DNA from: Tubulanus polymorphus
Lineage: Eukaryota; Animalia; Nemertea
Assembly (NCBI RefSeq): GCF_964204645.1
Contig: NC_134033.1
Coordinates: 13,896,655 to 13,960,654 of the forward strand
Direction: 5' to 3'
DNA length: 64,000 nt
This document shows positions 25,392 to 37,464 of this stretch, piece by piece; position 1 is the stretch's first letter; each line of letters opens with the position of its first letter. The notes beneath the pieces are model-generated. The model had not been told where the DNA came from and made no database searches. It saw only the letters and a program-made list of their open reading frames with translations. Position numbers and translations under genes: made by a program.

Positions 25392-27344
25392 ATGGCGGAG
25401 GTCGAGTACACTTTCCTCGGCAATACCGGCTTAAAAGTCTCTAATATTTGTTTAGGGACGTTGACATTCGGCAGTGATGACAGAGTAAGTTAGTTTAAGT
25501 GTTTTTCTTGTTGAATTTCGTGGAGTTGCTGTTTGTGCATAAATTAACAAGATTATTTTCAGATGAGTCGGGGCGGCACCGTTGCCGCGACCGAAGCCGA
25601 CAGTCATAAAATATTGGACCGATTCGCCGAACTCGGAGGCAATTTTATTGATACCGCCAATATGTATCATTATGGCACCTCCGAGAAAATTATCGGGAAT
25701 TGGCTTGAAAAGTATGTTATTGATGGAATAGATTCAAACCTTTTGATTCGAAAGATAGATAAGAAATGTGATGACAAATATTTTTTATAGACAAGATCGA
25801 AACAAGTTTGTTATTGCAACAAAGCTTGGTTTTCCGATGGACCCAACAAATGCCAACACGGGTGGTTTGAGTCGACAGCATATAATGTGGAGCATAAATG
25901 AAAGTCTACGTAGATTGAAAACAGACTATATCGATCTCTATCAGGTACATACACTACACGTGGTTTTCATCCGATTCTGGATCCAGGAAATGTTTTTTGA
26001 AAATTAGAACTTGAATTTCAGACGCATATTTGGCATCATCCCACACCAATAGAGGAGACGATGAGTGCGCTGAATGATTTGGTAAAAGCAGGAAAAATTC
26101 GCTATATCGGTGTCAGTAATGTATGCGGATACCAGTTACAGAAAATTGTACAAGTCTGTAAAATGAAAGGTCTCGAGCCTGTTGTTACTCTACAGGTACA
26201 AATAGCTAGAATATATTCGGTTTGTTGGCTGGTTGTTTTTCGAAAAAAACGTTTAGAATTTAGTTGAAAACTTTGAAAACCTGATTTTAGCAACAATACA
26301 ACCTTCTGTGTCGCTCATCGGAATTGGAAGAATTCAACGTTTGCAAAGAAGAAAAGATTGGAATTTTGCCGTGGAGTCCTCTAAAAGGGTATCTAGTCAT
26401 CCTTGTAAACTTCACCCAATTTTTTTTACAAAATTATCACAGGTACAATTAAGTAAAAGTGAATAAAATTTTTTTTTCTAGGGGTTTGTTGACTGGTAAA
26501 TATTATCGAGGGATGACGCAAGAAAATTTGGACGAGCTCAACTCGCGTATCGCCTTTGTAACTAAGACTAAGCAAAGCATAACGCATGCTTCACCGGACC
26601 TTGAAAAAATGGCTGACAATGAACAATTCTTCAACATCCTCGATCATGTGAAAGCTATTGCTAAAAAGCATGGTAAGAAGTACTGTTAATTGGGGTTTAG
26701 ACTGAAGAATTAAGAGATTACTGCAGATTGTTCTGCCTTGTTTAGTTATGTAGGGAATTGTTAGTTAGTTACCTAATCGTTGGTGGTAAGCTTTTTATTA
26801 TCAGATGAGCTTATACCAGCCTTATGTGGTTTGTGAAAATATTCGATCGTGAAACTAAACCACTGTCAGGTTACTGACTAGGGAATTGTATAAAATTCAA
26901 ACAAATGAGAAGTACTCAACTTTTCTCGTAAAGACACATTTGAAAATTAAGTGTGTTTTTTATTTCAGATAAGACAGTAGTGCAGGTGTCTTTGCGATGG
27001 TTACTGCAGAAACCATCGGTAACCTCGGTCATCATCGGCGTCAGAACGCTGGCCCAGTTAGAAGACAATATGGGCGCGTCTGCTGGCTGGTGTTTAACTG
27101 ATGAAGAGGTGAGAATCGTGTCTTTTTAGTTTAGAACATTTACACATACTCCAATTACATAAACTGTATCATTTGAATACACGTAGATTCAAACTACAAG
27201 AGTTGTAAGAAAAACAGTAAGCCCACACCATATACGTAGACAATGGATTTTTAAATCTCGTTGTAGATGGAGACATTGGACAAAGTTTCTGCTTACGATG
27301 TTGGATATCCGTACGATATGATAGCGAAAGCGAATGGTTTCTGA
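25392..27344 (+). CDS. Aldo-keto reductase, YajO-like, copy 2 (~358 aa); exons 25392-25484, 25563-25711, 25791-25944, 26022-26195, 26291-26388, 26482-26672, 26969-27108, 27267-27344
   Basis: Same 8-exon structure and phases as copy 1, open frame, tetrad intact. Confidence 0.93.
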
Positions 27345-28015
27345 GCGTACTTTACTTAATTGTTATTCATATATTATATCTAAAGTCTTCATTTAAGATA
27401 GTTGAAACTAACAGATTTTTAGCACATGAAATGAATACCACCGGTAGTGTTGCCCATGACCAATTGGTTCTGGTAGCAAGATATAAACTTTAAAACTGTT
27501 TTCGCTACAGTGGAACCCCGTTTCAATGAACTCGGAAACGATTCACCGCATATAACAAATATAGAATTTCGTCCCAAGTAAGAAAATGTAAATTTTCTAA
27601 CGTGTTTGTATGATATGTGATAAATTGATGTTATAAATGGTAATGAATAACTTTTTACGTAAAGCATAGTCTTTTTGTATGGAATACGAACGAATAAAGA
27701 ACGATTTAACGAATTTTAGAGATATTTGTTATTTAATCATTCGCTGTGTTTCCAACGCCATTTAAAATATTGTCCCATGGCACTAATCGAAATTGATTAA
27801 TTGAGGATATTCTTCACCGACGTGAGAAGTATCGTTCATATGCTACACGCTAGGCGGTAAATTTGTCAACTGTGAACGCCTGGTTCAGGACGCGCGTGGC
27901 TTCCCGCGACATGTATATATGGGATTCGAAGCCACTCGACTCGAATTGCCGACGTGACGTGTTGACCTTCCGAGGCATTCGTTTTTGACAGTTGTCACAT
28001 GACTTACTGATCAAA

Positions 28016-31000
28016 ATGGCGGAGGTCGAGTACACTTTCCTCGGTAATACCGGCTTAAAAGTCTCTAATATTTGTTTAGGGACGATGACATTCGGTAGCG
28101 ATGAAAGAGTAAGTTGTCTGAATTGTTTCTCGTGAAATCCATTGCTTTAAAGCTTTCGTAGCTACGTTTTATTGTGAAAATATATCGTTTTCAGACGAGT
28201 CGGGGCGGCACAGTGTCCTCTTCCGAAGCTGAAAGTCACAGAATATTGGACCGATTTGCTGAACTCGGAGGCAACTTCATTGATACAGCTAATATATATC
28301 ATTATGGCATGTCTGAGACAATTATTGGGAATTGGCTTGAAAAGTAAATATAATTGTGTTGTATTTTTAAATAACGTGGTCATCGACATCGTGTGTAATG
28401 AGCTCTTTTTTATCAGTTTATACTAGAGCCACTTCCACTGTTGATAATTTCCATTTTGCAGACAGGATCGAAATAGATTTGTGATTGCCACCAAAGTTTT
28501 TGTTCCAATGGACCGAACAAATCCAAACGCTGGTTTTTTGAGTCGACAGCATATAATGTGGAGCATTAATGAAAGTCTACGTAGATTGAAAACTGACTAT
28601 ATCGATCTCTATCAGGTAAACTTTGGATATTCCATTATTTTTCATCGATTTGTTTAGCGGAAAGGCCAGATTAACCTGACCAAGTTCATACCAAGAACTG
28701 CGTTCAATAGATTGAAGTCTTAGGTCTCAATATCATGTCCTACATCTGCAAGTCATTCCTGTCCTGAAACAATCTGCGTTCAATATGGTTTTACACTAGT
28801 GACATTGATAAAAGGTTCAATACTGAAACTTGATGTTTTGGCCCCAATGTCTATCCAGTTTGGTAGAGATGGTTTTAGGGGATGGTCTGGGTGCCTGGAT
28901 CCCTGCCTTCCCGTCGATCTTGCCATTTTCGTTTATACAGATATCGTGAACACGGATACCTTTCTTCAAAAATATCTAAAATATACCAATAGTAGCCTTT
29001 GACATGGCTGCTTTATCCGGGAAATGCCTTTTCCTTTGTTTGGTGGGTCCCGGCCTTTTCCAATTTTCGTAGATCTGTTCCTGTCAGGTCGATTGACGTT
29101 GTGGTTGGTTGAGTATTCTATTGTCAGTGAATCAAAAAAAATCGTACATCTCGCAGAGCGTTCTAAAATTGAAATGAAGTGGACACCTTTGTTCATCCTG
29201 TTCATTGCAGGTTCATGCCTGGGATTGCGTGACTCCCGTTGAAGAAACATTCGGCGCGTTGGACGACTTGGTGAAAGCCGGAAAAATTCACTACATCGGT
29301 GTGAGTAATTTGTGTGGATACCAGTTGCAGAGAGTTGTTGACGTCTGTAAAGCGAAGGGACTTCAACCTGTGATAACTCTACAGGTAACATTCCGAATAT
29401 TGTGTAAAGTTTTTGCGACACCATTAGCCGACGGTTTATACATAAACGATAAGAATTTTCGTTGCAGGAATTCAAGCGTGAAGCTTTCTAGTTCCTTCAA
29501 GTTTAGAACTATCAAATCTGCTTTTATCGTGATAATTAATTCGTATTTTCACTTAATTATTTAGCAATTTTCGTTTTCTTTTTGTACACCCTGTTGCAAT
29601 ATGTTTCGTATTTCACTAAGTTCGATACAATAATAGTTGGTTCCAAGACGTGACACGATTTAAGCCGAAGACGGCAACTTACAATGTCTTTATAATGTTT
29701 CTTAAATTTTTCACCAACACGTGTATCTGTATATTTATTTAATCAGTTTTACCGTGGTCATGAATATATTTATGTTGGAATTGGATTTCTTTTCGCTATA
29801 GCAACAGTACAGTCTTCTTTGCCGTTTTTCCGAATTTGAGGAGTTCAACGTTTGCCAAGACGAAAAAGTCGGCATCTTACCGTGGAGTCCCCTCAAAGGG
29901 TAAGTAAACCCCGCCTTACTCGGACGTGACCAACTGGCACTTTTTGACCAACTCGGAACAAAAACGAAATCATTTTTCTGACTTTCTAAGCGTATTTTCT
30001 GATCCTTAACTGACTTCGCTAACCTCGGATTAATTTTTCCAGTCTCAGTTTGTCCGAGTTAGGCGAGGTTTACTGAACGAGTTTCTATCATTCATTTTTC
30101 GCTTGGGTCTGATTATTGATGTTTTTGACGAATAAAGATTAACTAAATGCCTCTGTGGGAAAACAGAAATATTCGTTTCGATAATGATTGTCTAATTTTC
30201 AGAGGTTTGTTATCGGGCAAATACTATCGCGGAATGACGCAGGATAAGTTGGACGAGCTGAAATCGCGTATCGCCTTTGCGACTAAGAATAAGGACACCG
30301 TACACGCGATCTCGCCCGACTTCGAAAAAACAGGCGAACAAGTCTTCAAAGTGTTGGATCATTTGAAGACCATCGCTGATAAGTATAGTAAGAAAAACGA
30401 ACATTAGAAATTCCTCTATCATTATTATTATTACTAACTGATTGTGGTAGTTTACGTAAATGACACTAAGGCGTTCTGCCACGAAACAGTAGACTCTGTC
30501 TTTGTAGCGCTTGGACTGTAAATACTATTTTCACCCTCACCGGTGAAGGGATACAACATTTATCATCAGGGAAGTTGGAGGTTTCCAGACGATTTACGGG
30601 TTAGACATATCGTCCTAGTAACTAACCCTAGAATGAGGAGGTTTACATCTGAATATATGAATTTGTTTACGTTTTTGTTGCATTTCGACATTCTCGTGAT
30701 ATACTTCCAACCAACAACGAATTCTACCTCTAAACTTAGCGACTAGCAGTTTTCAGTATCAGAGTCAATTTTTGAATCCTAGTCCGTTATAGCTATATTT
30801 CCACGATTTAGCATATCAACTCCGGCCCTGTACATATTATTATGCTAATGAACTGTAATATTGTGTTTTAATAAGGTAAGACCGTGGCGCAAGTGTCTTT
30901 AAGGTGGCTACTGCAGAAACCGGCGGTAACTTCCGTTATCATCGGGGTCAGGACGCTGGCCCAGTTAGAAGACAATATTGGCGCGTCTGCTGGCTGGAGA

Positions 31001-31260
31001 TTAACAGACGAGGAGGTGAGAATTTTGATACTAACTCGTTTCAATTCTAACACTGTAAAATTATCATTTTCGAAATGGTTCAGATTCTATAACATCCTGA
31101 CTAAAACTTTGTTCGTATTTTTCTTCTTGGAATATTGTAGATGGCGACACTCGACGAAGCTTCCGCCATAACAGATGTCCCGTACCCGTATAGTTTAGGA
31201 GTTGCGCTCAAACAAATGAGAACGGCGAAATTTGATTCGAAAATGTTCGCCAAAAAATAA
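28016..31260 (+). CDS. Aldo-keto reductase, YajO-like, copy 3 (~370 aa); exons 28016-28108, 28195-28343, 28462-28615, 29211-29384, 29802-29899, 30203-30387, 30876-31015, 31141-31260
   Basis: Same exon structure, open frame, tetrad intact ([16 protein letters not shown]). Confidence 0.93.
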
Positions 31261-31862
31261 ATTTACATTATTTATACATGTATTCAATATCCACAGTTAG
31301 CAATATCAGGTTCTTTAGTATCACACATATATTTCATTTACATATATCTTTTAGATAAGTATTTATGTTTTTTGATTATTTTTTGATATTTTTAACTTTA
31401 AGTTATTGTATGCTATGCGTGTAAGAAATGTACCGTACTAAAATACATATTGTGAATTCAGGGTAATGGAATTTTTTTCGCACTGTCACACTGGTTACCA
31501 CTGATACGCCGCAACCTTGAGGGCCGTCCGTTGTTGGAATATATACTGTACAACACCTTCGTTTCCGAGTGAGCGCTCAGTCTGCTGATAATTTTGGATA
31601 AATGAATAGATTAATTCAGTTTACTGAATGAGGCTAGCCAATTTACATTTATCATTTACAATTGGAAATATTCACTGGAATAATGCATAATATTCATATT
31701 TATATACCGATGTGTGCGCGTATTGATGTATAATGCTCGTGCATGTAGTATAGATTAACCCAATAAAAGACCATGACGTTTTAGCAAATTTGAATTTATT
31801 CTTACTAATATATACGCTACTAATTCAGGGTCCCGCGAGATTCGACGCAAGCGGAGTCATTA

Positions 31863-32083
31863 GGCTAAACAAAAATGATACCTTGTTTCTCCGCAGCGGC
31901 CGGGTCATTTTTGTAAAATATGATAAAATTTATAAACAGTTCATTTCTATAGCGGCCGGGTCTGTTATGGTTAAATTGATCACGATTTTAAAAAAAAGTA
32001 ATGTATAGGGTAGATAGGCGACCGGCCGGGTCAACATTTAAGCTCAGCAGAGCGGAGAAACAAGGTATCAATTTTTTTTAGCC
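31863..32083. mobile_element. PIF/Harbinger-type MITE, copy 2
   Basis: Same TIRs and TTA target duplication as 19374-19583. Confidence 0.85.
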
Positions 32084-32697
32084 TTATAACCGGCTGATGT
32101 CATAAAAACGGTAACCTGCAACTACATTCAAATTACACTAACCACCTGGCTCATCGTATTCGTTAGATAAAAGAGAAATCAAATCCGAATTGCCGCTTGA
32201 AAGTGGCATTTTGTTGCGCAAATGCAATGATTCTGGTAATTTCAAATGCCGGGCTGATGATTGGAATTGAACTTGTGGAAATAATTTCTCGGACAGCCCC
32301 GTACTAGGGACTTACTGTTACCTTGTCTCTTGGCAAAAAAAAAACGAATGACACGATTCGTTTGAGACACCAGCGCCCTGGACACTTAGGCCCGTTCACC
32401 ACGGCCAGTGGCCGTTAATCCTCTGTTGGTTTTCTGGCAATATTTTTGGACTAAAATCGAACATCGTAGGGTTTTTGCGAGTTATGGAATAGGAACGAAT
32501 AAAGAATGATTTGACTGTTTCGAAGTTTATTACTTATCAAGATTTGAAGTTAAGCAATTACCAGTCGTTCATGCCACATCTGTCCGGCCGAGGCACTAGT
32601 AGACTGTAGTCTTTGAAAAGGAAATCTAAGTTGATTGATTGAAGATATTCTTCACCAATCTGAGACAAAATGTTCATATATAAATGATATCACACTA

Positions 32698-33230
32698 GGG
32701 GCCGTGCATAAAGTACGTACGTCCGTAGGGGGGTGGGGGGTGGGGGGTTCTTAAAATCCGTACAAAAGCGTACAGGGGGAGGGGAGGGGTCAGCTAAAAA
32801 CGTACATACTTTCCAAGGGGGAGGGTTAATATTAAAAGTACGTACTTTGTGCACGAAACATATGTCTGTGGGTAAACCTGTCTTCCTTTAATGTATAGCA
32901 AACACTGCCTTAATTGCGGAAACCGGTCTCCCTGGGTTTGTTGCATTCAATATATTATATTTGGATCTCGGGAATTCCCCACTTTCAGTCTTTCATTTCG
33001 TCGCCATGGAAGATCGTTGATCAACGTCAGCAGGAACTCTGTTGAATCAGGGTGGATTTTGCCTTCTTTAAACCATTATTCCTGAAAATTCTGTTTTACG
33101 GGGGGGGGGGTGTTACCCTAAAAGTATGTACGCGAGGGGGGGTTATAAAAAAACGTACAATGAGCGTACAAGGGGGGAGGGGGGTTAAAAATACCCGGAA
33201 GTCAAGCGTACGTACTTTATGCACGGCCCC
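32698..33230. mobile_element. Harbinger-type MITE inserted in the AKR copy 4 promoter
   Basis: Perfect 24-bp TIR GGGGCCGTGCATAAAGTACGTACG, CTA target duplication, empty site visible upstream of AKR copy 3 (~27850). Confidence 0.9.
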
Positions 33231-33393
33231 CTAGGTGGTAAATCTGTCGACTGTAAACCCCTAGTTCAGAGGCGCGTGGCGTCCCGCGACATTTATATGG
33301 GATTCGAAGCCACTCGACTTGAATTGTCGACGTGACGTGTTGACCTTCCGAGACATTCGTTTTTGACAGTTGTCACATGACTGACTGATCAAA

Positions 33394-36300
33394 ATGGCGG
33401 AGGTCGAGTACACTTTCCTCGGTAATACCGGCTTAAAAGTCTCTAATATTTGTTTAGGGACGATGACATTCGGTAGCGATGAAAAAGTAAGTTGTCTGAA
33501 CTATTTCTCGTGAAATCCGTTGATTTCGAGCATTTTGATTCTCAAGTATTACTGCAAAAATGTATCGTTTTCAGATGAGTCGGGGCGGCACATTGGCCTT
33601 GTCCGAAGCTGAAAGTCATAGAATATTGGACCGATTCACCGAACTCGGAGGCAACTTTATCGATACAGCTAATATGTATCATTACGGCATGTCTGAGGCA
33701 ATTATTGGGAATTGGCTTGAAAAGTAAATATCATTCATGAAATGTACGGTAGCCTATGATACTTTTTTGGGGCCCATCCGCAATGAGCTCTTTTGTATGC
33801 TGGATAGGGCTTTAGCCAAATTCAGAAAGTATTAAGAGCTACCTTTTGTTGATTTCCATTTTGCAGACAGGATCGAAATAGATTTGTGATTGCCACCAAA
33901 GTTTTTGTTCCAATGGACCGAACAAATCCAAACGCTTGTGGTTTGAGTCGACAGCATATAATGTGGAGCATTAATGAAAGTCTACGTAGATTGAAAACTG
34001 ACTATATCGATCTCTATCAGGTAAACTTTGGATTTGGCGTTATACGGTAGACTTTGCTCAAGGATCTTTTGGCACCGTAAAAAATGTGTCCGATTTGAGA
34101 GAATCGAGTTGGATGTCATATATTTCTTATATTGTCTCACAAAATATATCAAATATGCCCCAAAAGATCCAACTTTTGCGAGGTTTACTTTACAATAATG
34201 AAACTTTACGATGAATATTTCTGTAAGAGAATATGAGAATTATTTCTTGTAGAGCATTACGAAATTTTGTTGGCCTCAGTGTCTATTGAATCTACCGACG
34301 TTGTTTTAAACAACTTTCGTCTGTGGGTCAAAAAATTTCGTACATCTCGCAGAGCGTTCTCAAATTGAAATGAAGTGGACACCTTTGTTCATTCTGTTCA
34401 TTGCAGGTTCATGCCTGGGATTGCGTGACTCCCGTTGAAGAAACATTCGGCGCGTTGGACGACTTGGTGAAAGCTGGAAAAATTCACTACATCGGTGTGA
34501 GTAATTTGTGTGGATACCAGTTGCAGAGAGTTGTTGACGTCTGTAAAGCGAAGGGACTTCAACCTGTGATAACTCTGCAGGTAACATTCCGAATGTTGTG
34601 TTAAGTTTTTGCCACACTATTTGCCGACTGTTTATACATAAAAGAAAATGATTATCGTGGCTGGGATTAGATTGCGAACGCGAAGCTTCCTCCTAGTTCC
34701 TTCATGTTGAGTACAATCAAGTCCGCTTACTTCGTATTTTCATTTAATTCGTCGGTAATAAATTTTCAGTCCCTTTTTTGCACACCCTATTACTAGTGAT
34801 CCAGTCACATATTTCGTATTTTACTTTCCTAAAATAATTCCCTGTCCTAAGTGATACGAATTAAGCGAACTTGATAGACTGACTGCATCTACAATATATT
34901 TAATTTTGTCGTATTTCTGTTTAATTTACTAATTCGGTTTTTACTGTGGTCGTTAATGTATTCGTGTTGGATCTCTTTTCGCTATAGCAACAGTACAGTC
35001 TTCTTTGCCGTTTTTCCGAATTTGAGGAGTTCAACGTTTGCAAAGATGAAAAAGTCGGCATCTTACCGTGGAGTCCCCTCAAAGGGTAAGGAAACGTCGC
35101 CGTACATGGCCAGCTTGGAAATCTGACTTACTGCACCGATATAAACAAAATTTTTTTCTGAATTCATAACGCATTTTCCGGTCCTTAACTCGGGCTTCGC
35201 CTGCTTCGCACCAATTTTGCCGCTCTCAGTTTGTCCGAGTTACGCGAGGTTTACTGCTTTAAACATTCAATTGAATGAGCTTCTATGATTCGTGACTGGT
35301 CCTGTCGTTGGATCCTCGCTTGCCACAGTAACGGTGACGGTACCTCATTCTATCATGTATGAATTTGGCTCAGTATGAAATAAATGTATGTTAAATGCAC
35401 ATAGAGAATCTCTTTGTATATACCGAGAAAAATGAAGTCGGAAAAGTCTCCTTAAAGCTTATGATTTATATTGATTTGTTGTTTCGACTATAATCTAATA
35501 GTTATCTTCAGGAATGAAGACGAAATTTTCCGACTTCATCTTTCTCTTAGATCAGCGCGTGGGATTCTCAATATATCGCCACAGCGCGGGCATATAGTGT
35601 ATACGTTCACTAGCATATCGGAATTCGTATACAGCCCCTTGACGTGTACATGTTCCTGACGAATCGAAATGAACAAAATATAAACAAGGTATATATCGTT
35701 CTCTTGTAAAAAACAGAAAGATTCGTTGCAATTGTTAACTTTTTTTTCAGAGGTTTGTTATCGGGCAAATACTATCGCGGAATGACGCAGGATAAGTTGG
35801 ACGAGCTGAAATCGCGTATCGCCTATGCGACTAAGAATAAGGACACCGTACAAGCGATCTCGCCCGACTTCGAAAAAGCAGGCGAACAATTCTTCGAAGT
35901 GTTGGATCATTTGAAGACCATCGCTGATAAGTATAGTAAGAAACACGAACATTAGAAGTAGGGAGAATGCAACAATAATTACAAAAAAACAACCAGAAAA
36001 AGTAACTGAAGCTAGTAGTATTCAACGTTTCGACTAGATCCTAATAGCCATCTCCAGGAACGACTATTAGGATATAGTCGGAACGTTGAATAAACTACTA
36101 GCTTCAGTTACATTTTTGGACTGTTTTTTTTCGTTATAATTGTGGGATTCTCTCTACATCGCCTCAACACGGGTATCGTGTTTTATCAATCGTGAACGAA
36201 CATTATAAATTCCTCTAATGATTATTATCATTATGATTACTAACTCGTAGTTCTACCACTGATGGTGGGAGTCTATGTAAATGACCTGTCTTTAAGGCGT

Positions 36301-37092
36301 TCTGCCACGAAAATATATACCTATGCAGTAGACTCTACCTCTGTAGCGTTTGGACTGTGAATAAAAGTTTTACGAAGTCGAATTTATGATAAGGGAAATT
36401 GGATCAGTTGAAGGGCTATTTTGATACGGTTAGATACGTCTGAGTACTACCTACTACCTACTAACCTTCGAATGTGTAAAATATATGTATTCAAATTGTT
36501 AGATGTTTTGTCTTGTTGACATTCTAGTGATATTATATTTCCAACCTATAACGAATTCTACCTCTAACTTAGCGACTAGCAGTTTTCAGTTTGAGTCAAT
36601 TTTGGAATCCTAGTCCTTTATAAGAAATTTCCATTATTTAGCAGATCAACTCCGGCCCTGTATATAATTATGCTAACGAATTGTAATACTGTGTTTCAAT
36701 AAGGTAAAACCGTGGCGCAAGTGTCTTTAAGGTGGCTACTGCAGAAACCAGCGGTAACTTCCGTTATCATCGGGGTCAGGACGCTGGCCCAGTTAGAAGA
36801 CAATATGGGCGCGTCTGCTGGCTGGAGATTAACAGACGAGGAGGTGAGAATTTTGATACTAACTCGTTTCAATTCAAACAGCTTGATTTTCGAAATGGTT
36901 CACGCCAAGGATTCTGTATTATCATCGTTGACATTAAACTATGTTCGTATTTTTCTTCTTGGAATATTGTAGATGGCGACACTCGACGAAGCTTCCGCCA
37001 TTACGGACGTCCCGTACCCGTATAGTTTCGTATTCGCGCTCAAAAAAATGAGAACGGCGAAATTTGATTCGAAAATGTTCGCAAAAAAATAA
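33394..37092 (+). CDS. Aldo-keto reductase, YajO-like, copy 4 (~370 aa); exons 33394-33486, 33575-33723, 33867-34020, 34407-34580, 34988-35085, 35751-35935, 36704-36843, 36973-37092
   Basis: Recent duplicate of copy 3 (introns still alignable), open frame. Confidence 0.93.
35955..36195. mobile_element. Fold-back Penelope-like insertion with hammerhead-ribozyme motif, in intron 6 of AKR copy 4
   Basis: ~200-nt imperfect palindrome 35958-36158; ACGAACATTA duplicated at 35945 and 36196; absent from the paralogous intron at ~30400; minus strand 36060-36020 reads TTC-CTGGAGA-TGGCTA-TTAGGATC-TAGTC-GAAAC-GTT-GAA. Confidence 0.7.
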
Positions 37093-37412
37093 ATTTACAT
37101 TATTTATACATGTATTCAATCTCTACAGTTAACAATATCAGGTTACTTTAGTATCACACATATTTCATGATTACTTAGATATTAAGATGAATATTTATAT
37201 TATGTGACTTTATGATTTGTTTTTGATATAAATGTATTGTATCCTTTACGTGTAAGAAATGTAATGTGAACTCAGGACAATGGATTTTGTCACCGCCGCC
37301 TTCCCGGAGGGTAACACAACTCCTCGATTCAGCCGGTTCAGCTATTGGTGCACTGAAGATTTTAGGTGAAGATAATTTGGTTTACTAAATGAGGCTGACT
37401 GATTTACATTTA

Positions 37413-37414
<2 letters not shown>

Positions 37415-37464
<50 letters not shown>
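37415..37464. repeat. (ATT)n microsatellite
   Basis: Directly visible. Confidence 0.95.

Noticed and set aside
21860-37092. Bacterial contamination or recent horizontal transfer of yajO; functional link of AKRs to the secreted cluster
   Set aside because: Seven spliceosomal introns in every copy exclude contamination; AKRs lack signal peptides and adjacency alone is not evidence of a shared pathway.
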